Shown: piece after piece, positions 62,656 through 64,000 of the stretch
Layout: the number at the start of each line of letters is the position of its first letter
Position numbering within the stretch: position 1 is the first letter of the stretch
From: Paraspadella gotoi
Lineage: Eukaryota > Animalia > Chaetognatha
Direction of reading: 5' to 3'
NCBI GenBank assembly: GCA_051294375.1
Contig: CM119265.1
Location: 28,520,443 to 28,584,442 of the forward strand
Length of the DNA stretch: 64,000 bases
Translations under genes and position numbers: made by a program
The notes under the pieces: model-generated
The model's input: only the letters and a program-made list of their open reading frames with translations
What the model was told of the DNA's origin: nothing
Databases searched by the model: none

Positions 62656-63479
62656 AACAAGTTTGAACAAACAATGTCGGATCTGCCCACGATCATTATC
62701 GGTAATTAATTAATTAATTAATAAATAATTATTATATATTTAATTAATTAATAATTAATTTATTCAAGTTAATTATTTAATTAATTATGCAATTATACAA
62801 TTAATTTGATCTAAAATGTTTGTTTTGATTGATTAATTAACTGATTAATTAATTATTGATTAATTAATTGAATAATTGATTAATTAACTAATTAATTATT
62901 TGATTAATTAATACATCTTGCATTTACATTTAAAATAAAAAGAAAAAGAAGCATAATCAATTAGTGAAACAGGTTCTTTGTTTTTCCATTTAAACTCAAT
63001 TTCACTCAAACGATTCCATCGAAACTTGATTTCCAGTTTAATCACACTTTTCCACCCAAATACAAAATTTCAAGTCAATCGCCCCATCCAATTGGTGTTC
63101 AAATAGTGAAATATATTTTTTTTTCCATTTAAACTCATTTCCACTTGGACGATTCCATCGAAACTTCATATCCAGCTCAATCACACACTTCCCTACCCAC
63201 ACACAAAATTTCATTCCAATCCATCCATCCAATCACGAGTAATTGGTGTTTTTTGCTAAGGTGGGATGGACGGACGGACGGACGGACGGATGGACGGATG
63301 GACGGACGAATGGATGGACAGATGGACGGACAGACATCGTTTTTTTTTCCATAATTTATCATAATTCGATGTTCTGACATGATATAAGTGAATGCCCGAC
63401 AAGATTGAGGGGGTGGAACGACGGACCGACAAAGTGAATTATAGAGTCGGGATCTGCTGAAAGCAGATCCGACTAAAAA
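62656..63479 (-). mobile_element. HINE copy 4
   Basis: Same termini as copies 1-3, a (GGAC/GGAT)n tract at 63265-63335 and two internal repeat units. Confidence 0.75.
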
Positions 63480-64000
63480 TTGTACAAAGCAAACTCCTGT
63501 AGTTATTATATAAAGTAATTGGTAAAAATTTATTTTCAGTTATTTTTTAGAAAAAATTCTTAAATTATATATTTTTAATATATATCAAATATTGTTTATA
63601 ATATTGATTAATGATGTTATAAATCTTTTCTTAAATTGCAGGACAGTAAGAAACTGCCTCATATTTTTAGCTCCAGAGCTTTTATAATGCAGAAATTATT
63701 ATTTTATAAATTATCTAATTACCTTGTTCATATTACTTTTTTAATTGATTTAATAAAAACTTATTGAATAAATAGCAACCATTTTGTTCTGGCTTATTGA
63801 TTCAATCGCTCACAGCTTTAAATAATAAAATTTAAATATAAAATTAAATAGCATATTTTTATTAATTTTTATATTTTTTAAAATATTTATTTGTTCATTT
63901 TTATTAATCCACTTTTTTTTACAAATTAAAATTTAAACAATTTATATTTATTTAAAATATTTTTTTACATAATTTTTTTATATAATTAATTTAAAAAAAA

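Overview
AT-rich, microsatellite-dense eukaryotic (metazoan invertebrate-like) genomic DNA with spliceosomal introns and N gaps. Most ORFs in the six-frame track are microsatellite artefacts, so genes were rebuilt by hand from splice sites and reading-frame phase. Supported genes: (1) a secreted protein with two SOUL/heme-binding-like domains (+, from 11684; its 3' exons lie in a duplicated/inverted, error-rich block); (2) two tandem paralogous small secreted 4-Cys proteins of a family I do not recognise (-, 31448-33870 and 34512-36709); (3) a second SOUL-family gene (+, 38366-40336, 5' end unresolved); (4) a 200-aa four-TM protein (+, 44740-46028); (5) an uninterrupted 754-codon XK-related multi-TM ORF (+, 50215-52479); (6) a 10-exon S1 serine protease with two C-terminal ShKT domains (+, 53984-57457); (7) a secreted two-PAN/Apple protein (-, 59252-61346). 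Mobile DNA includes non-autonomous Helentron (HINE/DINE-1-like) copies, a ~500-bp TRIM-like LTR element, MITEs, tRNA-derived SINE fragments, a hammerhead-like foldback and a ~180-bp dispersed repeat. The duplications at 1-5 kb and 18.7-30.6 kb look largely like long-read gap-filling artefacts. No CRISPR, rRNA or intact tRNA was found. No database searches were run; family calls rest on recognised motifs.
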